From positions 1 through 64,000 of the forward strand of contig QPGO01000064.1 of NCBI GenBank assembly GCA_008632985.1: a stretch of 64,000 bases of DNA, in the 5' to 3' direction. Shown here piece by piece: positions 52,919 to 63,494 of this stretch. Below the pieces are notes generated by a model. That model made no database searches and was not told where the DNA came from. It saw only the letters and a list, made by a program, of their open reading frames with translations. The DNA comes from Psammoneis japonica (Eukaryota). Both the position numbers and the translations under genes were made by a program. Every line of letters starts with the position of its first letter. The first letter of the stretch is position 1.

Positions 52919-53220
52919 TCATGAGGACTCGTCCTTTGCCATTATTGGCTTGACATGCGAGTCACATGCCGCATGTTCAAGTTGCACCTGTACCAAACAA
53001 TGCTTTCCCGGAATCATGGCTTGACTCAGCTCTTTTGTGACCGTGACGCTGTTTTCTCCCAAGGTTCCTCCAGAGCAAACATCTGGATCTGTTTGTAGTT
53101 CTTCCACAGCCTTGGCCAAGATTGCATTTTTCCTGTCTGTTGAGGGAAGAAAGATTTTTAAGCATTGACCACAGACTGCAATTCTGGGAACATGTTCCAA
53201 AGAAAAAGAGACATCACAGT
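52919..53220 (-). pseudogene. Mutated duplicate of LSM gene exon 2, followed by TpA-poor sequence to ~53460
   Basis: Aligns to 56889-57160 with repeated TA to CA/TG changes. Exon 1 is absent. Confidence 0.85.
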
Positions 53221-53787
53221 CAAATGAAAAGAGTTTTTGCTGACTTTGTGCTGCAGTCACAGCCAAAGTCACTTCATCAAGAGCCCCGATGAACAGTCAA
53301 AGTCAAAGTCAGGCAGTCAGCTGAAAGGACGACCACAAGTCAATTAACAGTCATGGTCAGTCATGTCTCATGGTGTTCAGTGAGCAAACTGACTAACATG
53401 CATCACTTGTTGAGGCCATCTGCAACTTGTTTCTGCTCAGCGCGCGTGCCTTTATTTGATCGAAAAGGTTTCCTTCAAGTTGGAGGGAGGAGTGAGTCGA
53501 AGTGGTACTGTACGTACCGGTACGTACCTGGTAGTACCGGTACATAATGATGTACCGTACAATAAGTCTGTTAGGGCAACTTAAAAGTCATACCGGTAGT
53601 CATAGTCATTTCAAAGAAACAAGCAGTGACTTGCTATACTATTGTACTACGCTACTGAATTTTGTATTTACTGGAGTGTCTGTCCGCTGACATTCTTGAA
53701 AAAGACTCGAAAATTCCAAAAAACACGACTTCGCGTTTGCAACACGGGTCTCACTATTTTGCGATTTCATGATCTGTAGTTGACACA

Positions 53788-56778
53788 ATGCCAGCTGCAT
53801 CGGATACCACCGACAGCCCTAGCAACCGCGAACGCAACTAAAATGATTGAAACCATTCATCATGCTCCCGTGATGACGGAAGTGAGCCATGACGAAAAGC
53901 AGAATGCCACAGACGGCTCACTCCACTACAGCAACAACAACCACAGCCGCAGAAATGACTCCAAAACCGCTTCTTCTTCTACAAGCAAACTGCAGTGGTT
54001 CTTCTTTGATCTTCCCCTCACGACGGTCTTTTTCGTGTGCATCTGCTTTCTCCTCATACAGCATATCTACCACACGCTCGTTCTTCCCATTGTCGATTCC
54101 TACCGCCGCGGAGACATGGAGGATTTCTATCCGGAATTGGAAAACGACTTTACCTATTACAACCGTCTCTGTGACGCATCCGACATTACCACGACGGACT
54201 AGAGTGATTTGATTGTTCACAATGGCAAGCAGGCCGCCGATACCATGCTGAAACACGGATCGATTTTATTCAAAAATGTAGTCAACAACGAAACCACCAC
54301 GGCACTTCGGGATTATCTCGATGACGTCAATCATAAGTTGGAACGAAATGCTTTAATTTCTTTGACGGAGAAGACCGTTTGGCTCTGGGATTAGGCATTC
54401 ATGATCATCCCGCCATTGCACAAGCGCTGCAGCAAATTGGAAACCATCCCGTCGTCAAGGAATCACTGGAAGTCATTCTAGGTCCCGATCCGGCCGTTTT
54501 GGAGATTTCGACCAGGACATCCATGCACGGTGCCCCAGATCAGGACATTCATTCCGACAGTGATTGGTTTGGATCGTCGCTCTTGTGTGGAAGAAACTTT
54601 TTGCATTCCTACAGCATGTTTGTGGCACTCCAAGATACAACTTCCCAAATGGGCGCCACTACGGTCTGCCCTGGTAGCCATCATTGTGCCAATCAAGATT
54701 TGGAAGATGTGTGTCTAGACAATGGTGCTTTTGAAGTATCTTCGAATGGACACACGGGTGAGCACGGTGCTTTGCTCACGGGCGATGCGGTGAGTTTTTT
54801 TCAGAGACTTGTTGGTCATCTTTTTCTTGGAGTTTCGATCCTCTTATCGATTTGCGCTGTATTGTTTTTCGCTAACGATTCTACAGTTGCTTTTTGCACA
54901 AGACGGTTGGCACAGAGGAGCAGCCAATCAAGACCCCCACACGGATCGCATCATGTTTATCGTTACCCACGCCTCCCGAACCAAACAAACGCCGAGTGAT
55001 TGTCGTCAACAAGCACTGGGGACGTATTATTATCAACGATGGAACATGTGGGGACACACCTATCAAGATCTTAAGACTGCAGCCACAACCATGGCACTAC
55101 CCTTTGGCGTTTTGCGGGGACTGGGTTTGTGGAAATGGCCCAGCGCCAATTGGGGCATTACGTGGATTGAACAATTCAGTCGGCAAATGGCAAACAAGGA
55201 AGATTTTTATAATTACTTTTGCTTGTTGGATTTTATCGATTTCCTCCGCGAATGGTCGGTTCCGGAATTCTTGCTAGCCAATTTGACGGGAAAGGAGGAA
55301 GAAGATACGTGGGATCGGTTTCTGGAAGAAAGCATGAATAATGTGGCTACCTTTTTGTGTGTAGTGTATGCTGCTGTACTGGGTGGATACGTCCTGATGC
55401 GGTTGCTCGTAGCGGCCATTTCCAGAAACAAGAACCGTCCCTTTGCTTGGTTCAAGCTCTTGTACTGACGCACACTGCCGTGTTGCTTGTCGTGGGATTA
55501 TTGTACAAGTGGATTCAATCGTCTCACTTGGCAAAGAGCGTCACGTCGGGACACGTGTTTGACAAGCCCTATGATTATGATCGCATAGACTCGGAGCACG
55601 GTGCCTCCTTGGGACCCACCACGCTTCCCACACGCAACGATGTCTTGATTGGTTCCAGATTTGATTCCGACTTTTTGGGTCTTGCCAATCGCTTTCTGGA
55701 AGTGCATCCCGGCAATGAGCGTTTCAACGATTTAATTCAAGGCGTTGCAGACATGCCAAGCAATGTACAAGACGAGGCTGTGAAACACATTGTCCAGACT
55801 ATTGAAGCACGTGACGAATCGACGGGTTTGATTGGACGTTTTCTTCTTCAAGACTACACCAATGGACATTGGACCACAACGACCCATGAGGATTCGATCG
55901 AGTACACCAAGAAACAAATCAAAATGCTGTCCAGTCGACTCCACAAGGGTCTCGGCAAGCACTTGGCCTCAGTCTTGGCCGAGAGCCGCTTTGGTGCCAA
56001 CCGTGCCAAGGCCATGTCGCGCAAGTTTGCTCCAAAGTTTGTCAACCAGTGGGAATCCATTGTCTTTGCTAGAAAAGAAAAAGAGTGGGAATCCAAATAT
56101 TGTCGCGTCCCTGTAGACGAGCCGTACAATTTCTTCTTTGATTACTTTCAGATTGTTCCAACCGTCATGACTCCATCATCCTTGCTTGCGGCTTTACCTA
56201 TGCGTACCGCCACATATTCGGGTCTACCCATTCCGGAAGAGCATGACTTTGACGTGGGCCATTTCGTCTTGGCCAATTACGAAGACTTTGGACGATGGAT
56301 GCCTGCCAAGATTGAAGGCTTTACAGAAGATGGTGAGTATAGTTTGCGGTACGAATTTGGAACTGAAGAGGCGACCGAGGACCAATTAAGAGTGTTTGAC
56401 TCGTACGTCACGGGCAATGCCGTGGACGTGGAGGTGGGTGGTGAAACAGATCAGTGGTTGGAAGCCGTGGTTGCCGATTGTCATCCCGATGGTACCTTTT
56501 CTGTAGAGTATGAAGACGGTGTCGTTGCGACTGGAATCACGAATATTCACATTCGATTTGCCGGCTTGCCCGGACCCGCCGCCATGCCCTTTCAAGCGGA
56601 CTTCTACACTTTGAACGAACGAATCGAGGGCAACTATCTTGATCGGGGCGAATGGTTTCCAGGCATAATTACAGCGGCCAACTACTTCGATGGCGCGTAC
56701 CAGTACGACGTCTTGTACGATGACGGAGATGAGGAGACCAATGTGGACCCCGAGTTTCTTCGCAAAGTTCGGAGGTAG
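53788..56778 (+). pseudogene. PhyH-DUF6824-Tudor copy 2, disrupted
   Basis: Tandem paralogue of 49804-52813. In-frame TAG at 54200-54202 (TCG in copy 1); deletions or frameshifts at ~53835, ~54352 and ~55457. Confidence 0.8.
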
Positions 56779-56888
56779 CCAACGGGTTGCAAAGTAGAAG
56801 AACATGCATACGGTACCTGGTATCACATAGTTTTACATGTAACAGAATAGCAAAATAGAAGTGGCTTGTTGCTACAACTCGAAACTCT

Positions 56889-57453
56889 TCATGAAGAATC
56901 GTCCTGTGTCATTACTGGTTTGATATGCGAGTCATATGCCGTCTGTTCAACTTGCACCTGTACCAAATGCTTTCCCGGAATCATGGCTTGACTTAGCTCT
57001 CTTGTGACTGTGACGCTGTTCTCCCCCAAGGTTCCTCCGGAGTAAAGGGCTGGATCTGTTTGTCGTTCTTCGACAGCCTTGGCCAAGATTATATTTTTCC
57101 TACCCAATGAGGGGAAGAAAGTGTTAAGTATTGACTGCAATTCTAAGGACGTGATCCAAGAGAAACAAGCGTGTTAAAACTACTTACAGTCTGTCAATCG
57201 CGAGCAGGTCCCCAGTGACTTGACGTCCATCGTCTAAAGTGCATTTGAGTTTGGATCCCAACAAATTCTCCATGGCTCGTGCTGCTGGTGCCGTTCGTGC
57301 GGGTTGAGTCTTTACAATTGCATCGTTGTGTGCAGCAGCATCGAGCTCAGACTCTGCGTCGAGTGTTGGGACCGCGTTTGTTGTTTCCTCCGTTACTGCC
57401 GTGTTGGGATTGGGCGCTGCGTCTGACTCAGCGGCGTTTGATTTAACAGACAT
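56889..57453 (-). CDS. LSM-domain protein (NAA38/LSMD1-like NatC subunit), intron ~57101-57187
   Basis: LLGSKLKCTLDDGRQVTGDLLAIDRL|KNIIL...E.R...RELSQAMIPGKHLVQV. Confidence 0.8.
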
Positions 57454-57865
57454 GTAGACACTCCAAGAGAATCACTGCTTGTTGATAAGGATAAAAGTTG
57501 TTGGTTTCAATACTTGGTAGAGAAGAGCAACGGGCAACAGTGGTGCTACAGTCTGCAGTGGGTTTTGTGCCATCGTGATGATCTGACGGACTTGATTGCT
57601 TTTATTTTTGTGTTGAGTTTGCCGTCTGTCCTTCAGCTCTGAAACCTGATAAGCGGAGAGCTCGTCGGAGCTCAAAAGTTCATCAGAACAACCACGCGCG
57701 CGCAAAACGCAACAACCATACCTTCGCATACCGGTAGCATCATACCGTAGGGCCTACAACAGCGCAGAACAGGAGATGATGGAGCCGATGCTGCGACGAT
57801 GATCATGTTTCTGCGCCGCTAGAGAGAAAGGTTAATCAGCGGCAAAGGATAGTAGAGTAACAAAA

Positions 57866-59134
57866 ATGAAGATTCGTTTCTTTGTCATGGGATTTGCTTC
57901 TCATCAAACATGGGCAGAAGGATATCAACGGGCTGCTAGTAGTAGCTCGCATCAACACGAAATTCACGTGGAACTCGTTTCTGGAGAGCGATGGAAATAC
58001 CGAATGATGTCAGCAAGTGCCGATTTGTGGGAAGGAAAAATAGATCCAGATGATGATGTTGTTGTGGTGGATGGAATGTTGGATGTTACAGTCTTGGTAG
58101 CTTTGCTCTGGAAAGGCGCAGCAGCGAGAAAAAAGCCTCCTCCCAAAGTGTTGGTGTATCTGCACGAGAACCAGCTTACGACACCCTTTACCACGCAAGA
58201 TCGGGATAAGAAGAACAATACGCATTGGCATTACGGTATGGCTCACTGGAAATCATTGCTCGTGGCTGATGGGTTTGTTTTCAATAGTCAAACGCATCTG
58301 GACGCATTTGCGAGAGCTCTGCCAAACCTCATTAACGAGCAGTGCCCACGAGATGCCATCGAGTGGCATTTGAAACGAATCCAGGAGCTGGTTGAGACGA
58401 AATGTACTGTTTTGAGATATGGGTTGGAACTAGATGAATTGCTGCAGCTGGTGCAACAAAGCAACAAACGGCCTTTTGATCAACTCGGTTGTCCTCCAGC
58501 GACGAGTTCTTCTTCACCGACCATCTTGTGGAATGCTCGTCTAGAAGAGGACAAGAATCCGGCTGCCTTTTTGGATTTATTGCATCAGGTACGAAAACGA
58601 AAAGATAAGGACCTAGACTTCCAACTGATCATTCTGGGAACGGACCCATCTGTGGAGCAAAAGTGGGAAACGAGAATACGAAATGAGTTTTCCAAGGAAT
58701 TGCTTTACTTTGGATGGTGTACGGACCGAAAAGAATATGCGCGGTGGCTCCAAAAGTCGTCTATTGTCGTTTCTACAGCTTATCACGAAACGTTTGGAAT
58801 ATCCATTGTGGAGAGTGTATTTTGTGGAGCACTCCCACTGCTGCCCAAACGCTTGTCTTATCCCGAACTGTTTCCGCCAAACGAATTTGGAGACCACCAT
58901 CTTTACTCTACCACTCGTGGGGATGGCCTAAACAAGCTACTGAATTTGCTCTCCATTGTAGTCAAGGATCCAGAGAAACACGCCGCGATGCAAGCTCGAG
59001 CCAAGTCTGCTGTGGAACGCTTTCGGTGGTGTCGCATGGGAGCCGTCTACGATGATTTCTTTTCCAACATTGCTGCTGGGGAGCCAATCACGTTGGCTGG
59101 GAAAAGGGCCGCCACATTATGTACTCGAAGATAA
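57866..59134 (+). CDS. GTDC1: GTDC1/QTMAN-like glycosyltransferase (DUF3524 + GT-B)
   Basis: RWKYRM, YLHENQLTTP, FNSQTH, ILWNARLEEDKNP, STAYHETFGISIVE, PKRLSYPELF. Confidence 0.8.
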   Translation: MKIRFFVMGFASHQTWAEGYQRAASSSSHQHEIHVELVSGERWKYRMMSASADLWEGKIDPDDDVVVVDGMLDVTVLVALLWKGAAARKKPPPKVLVYLHENQLTTPFTTQDRDKKNNTHWHYGMAHWKSLLVADGFVFNSQTHLDAFARALPNLINEQCPRDAIEWHLKRIQELVETKCTVLRYGLELDELLQLVQQSNKRPFDQLGCPPATSSSSPTILWNARLEEDKNPAAFLDLLHQVRKRKDKDLDFQLIILGTDPSVEQKWETRIRNEFSKELLYFGWCTDRKEYARWLQKSSIVVSTAYHETFGISIVESVFCGALPLLPKRLSYPELFPPNEFGDHHLYSTTRGDGLNKLLNLLSIVVKDPEKHAAMQARAKSAVERFRWCRMGAVYDDFFSNIAAGEPITLAGKRAATLCTRR

Positions 59135-59171
59135 GCTCATTTCCGATCCAGTATCCACAACAGCAGCAGTC

Positions 59172-60105
59172 ATGGAAAACGGCATAACCGAAACGAATAC
59201 AGACGATAAGGATTCGCCAATGATTCAACCTCAACTAATTTCCGAGGCTACCGACAACCGAGTAGCACTTTTTCGTCCGAAAAGCGTGCGAATCATGAGG
59301 AATACAATGCTCAAATAGCCAACCTACAAGCAAAGGAATTGAAGTATCGCTTCATGGAGGGCGCCGTGCTACGGTTCGAATGCTAGAAGCGATTACAATG
59401 GGAGCGAAATTCGACCCATTTCCTTCTTGCGACGCGCGACCTAGCAGAAAATATTCTTTTGAAGCCTATCCAACATCATAACAGGGATGCTCAGTTTATG
59501 TTGCAGATACCAAGGATTTGTTGGATGAAATTCGCGGACAAAAGCTAAATTCGGGGGATGCAGTACTGTGCATGGTGCAGTTTCCGATCGCTTCCGAGCT
59601 GGAGGAATTGATTGCCAATCCGCCCATTTTGATCTTTGATGACGTTCGAAATGCAGAGAATATCGGCAGCATCCTTCGAACAGCCTTTTGCTTGGGTATC
59701 AAATCGATTGTGGCATCCAATACCGCGTGGGCGGCACTCAAAGACAGCCGCGCGGCTCGCTGCAGTATGGGAACCATGTACTATCACCGGTATTACAAAT
59801 CAGCGGATCTACTCAGCACAATCAAAGATATAAGAGCAAAGAATATAAGTGTTTATGGAGTGGAGATTGGCCCCGATGCAGTCCCAGTAGCACCTCATGG
59901 CCCGAACAAGAACTGGGCGGCCGTCGTGGGAAACGAAGACGCTGGTTTGAACAAGGATATTGCTGCTGGTTGCTGTAAGATTGTCTTTGTCCCTCAAGCA
60001 CATGGGGACTCGCTCAATGTTGGACACGCTGCCGCAGTTACCATGTTTGAGCTCGGGAGAGAATGCCCGACACCTAAGCATGATGGTCGAGCAGCTTGTG
60101 CATAG
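59172..60105 (+). CDS. SpoU/TrmH-family RNA 2'-O-methyltransferase, frameshifts in the 5' part; possibly the C-terminus of the upstream protein
   Basis: DDVRNAENIGSILRTA, ARCSMG, VVGNEDAGL, DSLNVGHAAAVTMFE. Confidence 0.85.
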
Positions 60106-60132
60106 CTGCTTTATTTCCAAGAAAAAGCAGCG

Positions 60133-60543
60133 GTGACGACGATTGCTAGCACATGTGGCGACGGTGTCCATGCCGTTGGAACAGACGGCTACTCTTTGAG
60201 TGCTCGCGACATTTTTGGTGAAACACCTCTCGACAGTGCGTGCCGGAATGGTTGCGCCGGGATTGTCAGGCTACTTTTGAAAAGTGGCTCCGAAGTTAAT
60301 GCGGCAACCCGTATTGGTGGTACTACTCGTTTCCCTCTACACACAGCTGCAGAATATGGGCATTTTAACGTAATTCAGATGCTCTTGAAGGGTGGAGCGA
60401 ACACAAAAGCCGTCGACGAAAGTAGATTGACGCCTCTACACACAGCTGCCGAATATGGGCATTTTGACGTAGTTCAGATGCTCTTAAAGGCTGGAGCGAG
60501 CATGAATGCCGTCGACATACATAGATTGCTGCTGGATTATTGA
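60133..60543 (+). pseudogene. Ankyrin-repeat fragment
   Basis: GETPLDSAC..G..IVRLLL and two near-identical 99-bp PLHTAAEYGHFxVxQMLLKxGA repeats. No clear start codon. Confidence 0.65.
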
Positions 60544-61277
60544 TGGCTTGGGGTGCACGCATTCGCGTCTAAGAAATGAAAGCGCTTCGCTGCGTTTGCT
60601 GTAGTAGCTCAGTCTTTAGATTCTTCACGTTTGCGTTCATTGTCGCTCTAATGCGAAGCTTGTAGCCCTACCTGTACACACTTCTCTTCATACCACTAGT
60701 AGTGCAGATATATGTTGCTTAAGGATACTGCAACTGCTTTTGTCGCGCTCGTACAGGGTTGCGTTCAACTAGCTAGTGATTAAAAGGCAAAAACCACAGT
60801 AAATTATCTCTCTCAAACTTTTCCTGACCTTTTGCGTAAAGCCGGCGAGGGTGTGCACCGGTTCTCAATGGGCGCTCTCTACCGATAGACGATACGAATG
60901 CTTCAGACAACTTCGTGTAGGTGGAAGTGAAGTACTGTACACAGAAGCTACAACAGGCAGGATAGGACTGGCTAGTGTGCAGACCACGCCTAAGCTGGAT
61001 CAATCCTACTCTCTACTAGCTTTGTCTAGAGGCTACAGCTCCAAATGCTAGACATGCAATCCACAAAACCATGCACACAAAAGTAGAGTATTCAACAATG
61101 TCATTGACTAAAAACTGCTTCTACTACAACTACAAAACAAACATATAGCAATACTCGCCACATTGCATTTCTCTCTTGCTGGGTCCCTTCTTATACAAAA
61201 GCAATCCGCATTGGTTCAAACACACGTGGCTTGCGCATAAAAACACACATAAACAAAACGACGTTGGCTTGTCCTTC

Positions 61278-62654
61278 CTACACACTTGCTTCCTTTTCCG
61301 TCGTTTGTTCCTCCTCTTCCTGTTGTTCCTCATTTTCTTCATACTCAAGATACTGAGAAACATCCGTAAAGTTTCCAGGCGCCGGCGGCCCTCCAGCAGG
61401 CGCCGCTGCAGCCTCCTCTTCAAAACCAGGTCGTCCAATCGAAATGGTCATGCTTCCATCGGCGTGTCGTCGTTGTTCCACTCGTGACGACGATTGTGGC
61501 AAATGCAATTGTGATCTTGCCGGTGTTCCCTCTCCTCCTCCGAGCAAATCAGCATTTGCGCTAGCAGCAGTACCACCGGGTGTTTCCAAAACACCCGGTT
61601 GCGTCCTTGGACTTGGGAATCTCATCAATCCCGGCGACGCAAAGGCTGGTGACTGCAAATGATGATGATGAGACGACGGAAGGGGTGACATGGGAATATC
61701 TGCCATGAAGGGGTGGTGATGATGATGCAACGGAGGTGGTTGCCTGGCAGCCGCCGCTTGTGCCGCCTTGATTCCCTGTTGTTTGATTCTCTGTCGACGT
61801 ACCCGATCCCCCTCGTTCTTTCGTTGCTTGGCCTGAAGAGCCTGTTCTAAAAACTCTTGTTCTTGTTTTGTTCTCTTTTTATCAGGTCTTGCTAGAATGC
61901 GTTCAATCTCTGTCTTTTTCTCAATCGCGCGTTCTCTCGATCGATTGTTCTTTCGTTGACGTCTGTCTTCAAAGGAGGCAAGCTTGTCTCGTTCTTCTTG
62001 CGTAAGTTCTTCCTGAGGTTTTCGGCGAATCGCTTCAATTTGTTCTCGAAGTCTCGCGGCCCGCAATCGAGACTGCGCATTCTTTCGGTTCCTCCGATCG
62101 TCCATGGTCTGCGCCTTGGTCCTGCGTCGTTTTGCCGGAGGAGGCTTGAGCGATGCTTCTGCCTCTGGGGGTAAGCCAGCTACATCAGGAGGAGGAACTC
62201 CGGGAGCCCCTTCTTCGTACCTCGATGCATCTTGATAAAACGGAGGCAAATGTGACGGGTAAGGAGCATATCCACCATGAGGAGCATGTCCCTGAGGAGG
62301 CGGAGGATATGGAGCATACATTGGGTACGGTGGTGGAGCTCCAGCACCATAAGGCTGAGGAGGCCACCCCGGAGGATAACGTGGCGCATGCAAGCCGGGA
62401 GGAGGATACCCCGGTAAACCCGCAGCAGCGGCAGCAGCAGCCGATCCAGGAGGATACATTCCGGCGGCAAAGGCTGCAGCTTGATGATGTTGTTGAGCAG
62501 CAGCGGCGGCAGCACTTGCAGCACTAGGAGCCGCAGAAGTAGTAGCAGCAGCTGCGCTTCGTTTCGGAGCTGAAGCAGTAGCAGCAGAAGTAGCAGCGAC
62601 TGGAGCTTCCGCCGTCTTTTCTTCTTCCCCTTGATCCCCTTTGTTGCTACTCAT
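61278..62654 (-). CDS. Putative transcription factor with repeated bZIP-like basic regions
   Basis: Ala/Pro/Tyr-rich N-terminus, PPAKRRR NLS, RRNRKNAQSRLR, RRQRKNNRSRER, KQRKNEGDRVRR with coiled coils. Confidence 0.7.
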   Translation of the reverse strand: MSSNKGDQGEEEKTAEAPVAATSAATASAPKRSAAAATTSAAPSAASAAAAAAQQHHQAAAFAAGMYPPGSAAAAAAAGLPGYPPPGLHAPRYPPGWPPQPYGAGAPPPYPMYAPYPPPPQGHAPHGGYAPYPSHLPPFYQDASRYEEGAPGVPPPDVAGLPPEAEASLKPPPAKRRRTKAQTMDDRRNRKNAQSRLRAARLREQIEAIRRKPQEELTQEERDKLASFEDRRQRKNNRSRERAIEKKTEIERILARPDKKRTKQEQEFLEQALQAKQRKNEGDRVRRQRIKQQGIKAAQAAAARQPPPLHHHHHPFMADIPMSPLPSSHHHHLQSPAFASPGLMRFPSPRTQPGVLETPGGTAASANADLLGGGEGTPARSQLHLPQSSSRVEQRRHADGSMTISIGRPGFEEEAAAAPAGGPPAPGNFTDVSQYLEYEENEEQQEEEEQTTEKEASV

Positions 62655-63494
62655 CGCTTATACGTTCTTATTGCACTCGTTCCTACACTCAGGCGGCAAT
62701 TGTCATAGTCTCGCTCTTCTTCGTTGTATACATTTATTTATAGATGATTTTGATTGCTTTCCCCAAATCCGTTTTTTCTCTCTCTGTATTTTCCCCGTGC
62801 AGAACGAACCAACCTTGGTAACCCCGGCAATCCAATTGCTCGAGACCCCGGTGATGATGTTACTCTGCACAACTACACTCAACAGAGAGAAAGAGAGTTG
62901 TGTGTGTGTGTGCTGTTGTTGCGGTTGTTGCGGCGTGTTGGATGCACTGCACAAACGCGGGATCGCCCGTTCCGCCACGCCTCACGATTTATATAAATAT
63001 TCATAACAATATATGCGGTTACAAAAATTCGAGCGCCAAACGGCGAGCGTTATCCGTTGAATATACATACTTGATGAAGTCATAAAATTATCAAATTTAT
63101 TTTTCAAATATTCAAGTATATATTCTAAGCACACAAATGACAGTTTAAATACTTAACAAGAGAGTTCGCCAAGCATTCTCAAACATATAAGAAGTGTGAA
63201 AGGAAATATTTAAATGCTATTCAATGACAAAGGTTATTCATTTATTATGCCTTTCTCGAGCTATCACTTTGCGTTTACTCTTCACCTCCCTGGGCGAGGC
63301 TGCTCGGACCAAAATTTGACGGGCGCGCCAAAATTGTCAAACAAAAAATTTGAAGAGACACGAAGAGTTCCGAATGCTCCTTGATCGTGATCTCATTGCC
63401 TGGTTGCCTTCTACCGGTACCCAATAGGAATCATTCGGGTCCTCAGAGTCATCACGTAGAAATTGTGTAGGACAGTACCAAAAATAATTATAAT

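Noticed and set aside
4743..60105. Programmed frameshifting or mass pseudogenisation suggested by single frameshifts in the sulfatases, GGT, DUF2779, SAC3, sulfotransferase and SpoU
   Set aside because: The shifts are 1-bp, fall at different positions in paralogues, often sit in or beside homopolymers, and sequence is conserved on both sides. Unpolished assembly errors are the simpler explanation; short reads would settle it.
60335..60500. Direct repeats as a CRISPR-like array (also the 21-bp repeat at ~6331-6372)
   Set aside because: These are in-frame coding repeats (ankyrin units; a GGSQL duplication) with no spacers or cas genes.
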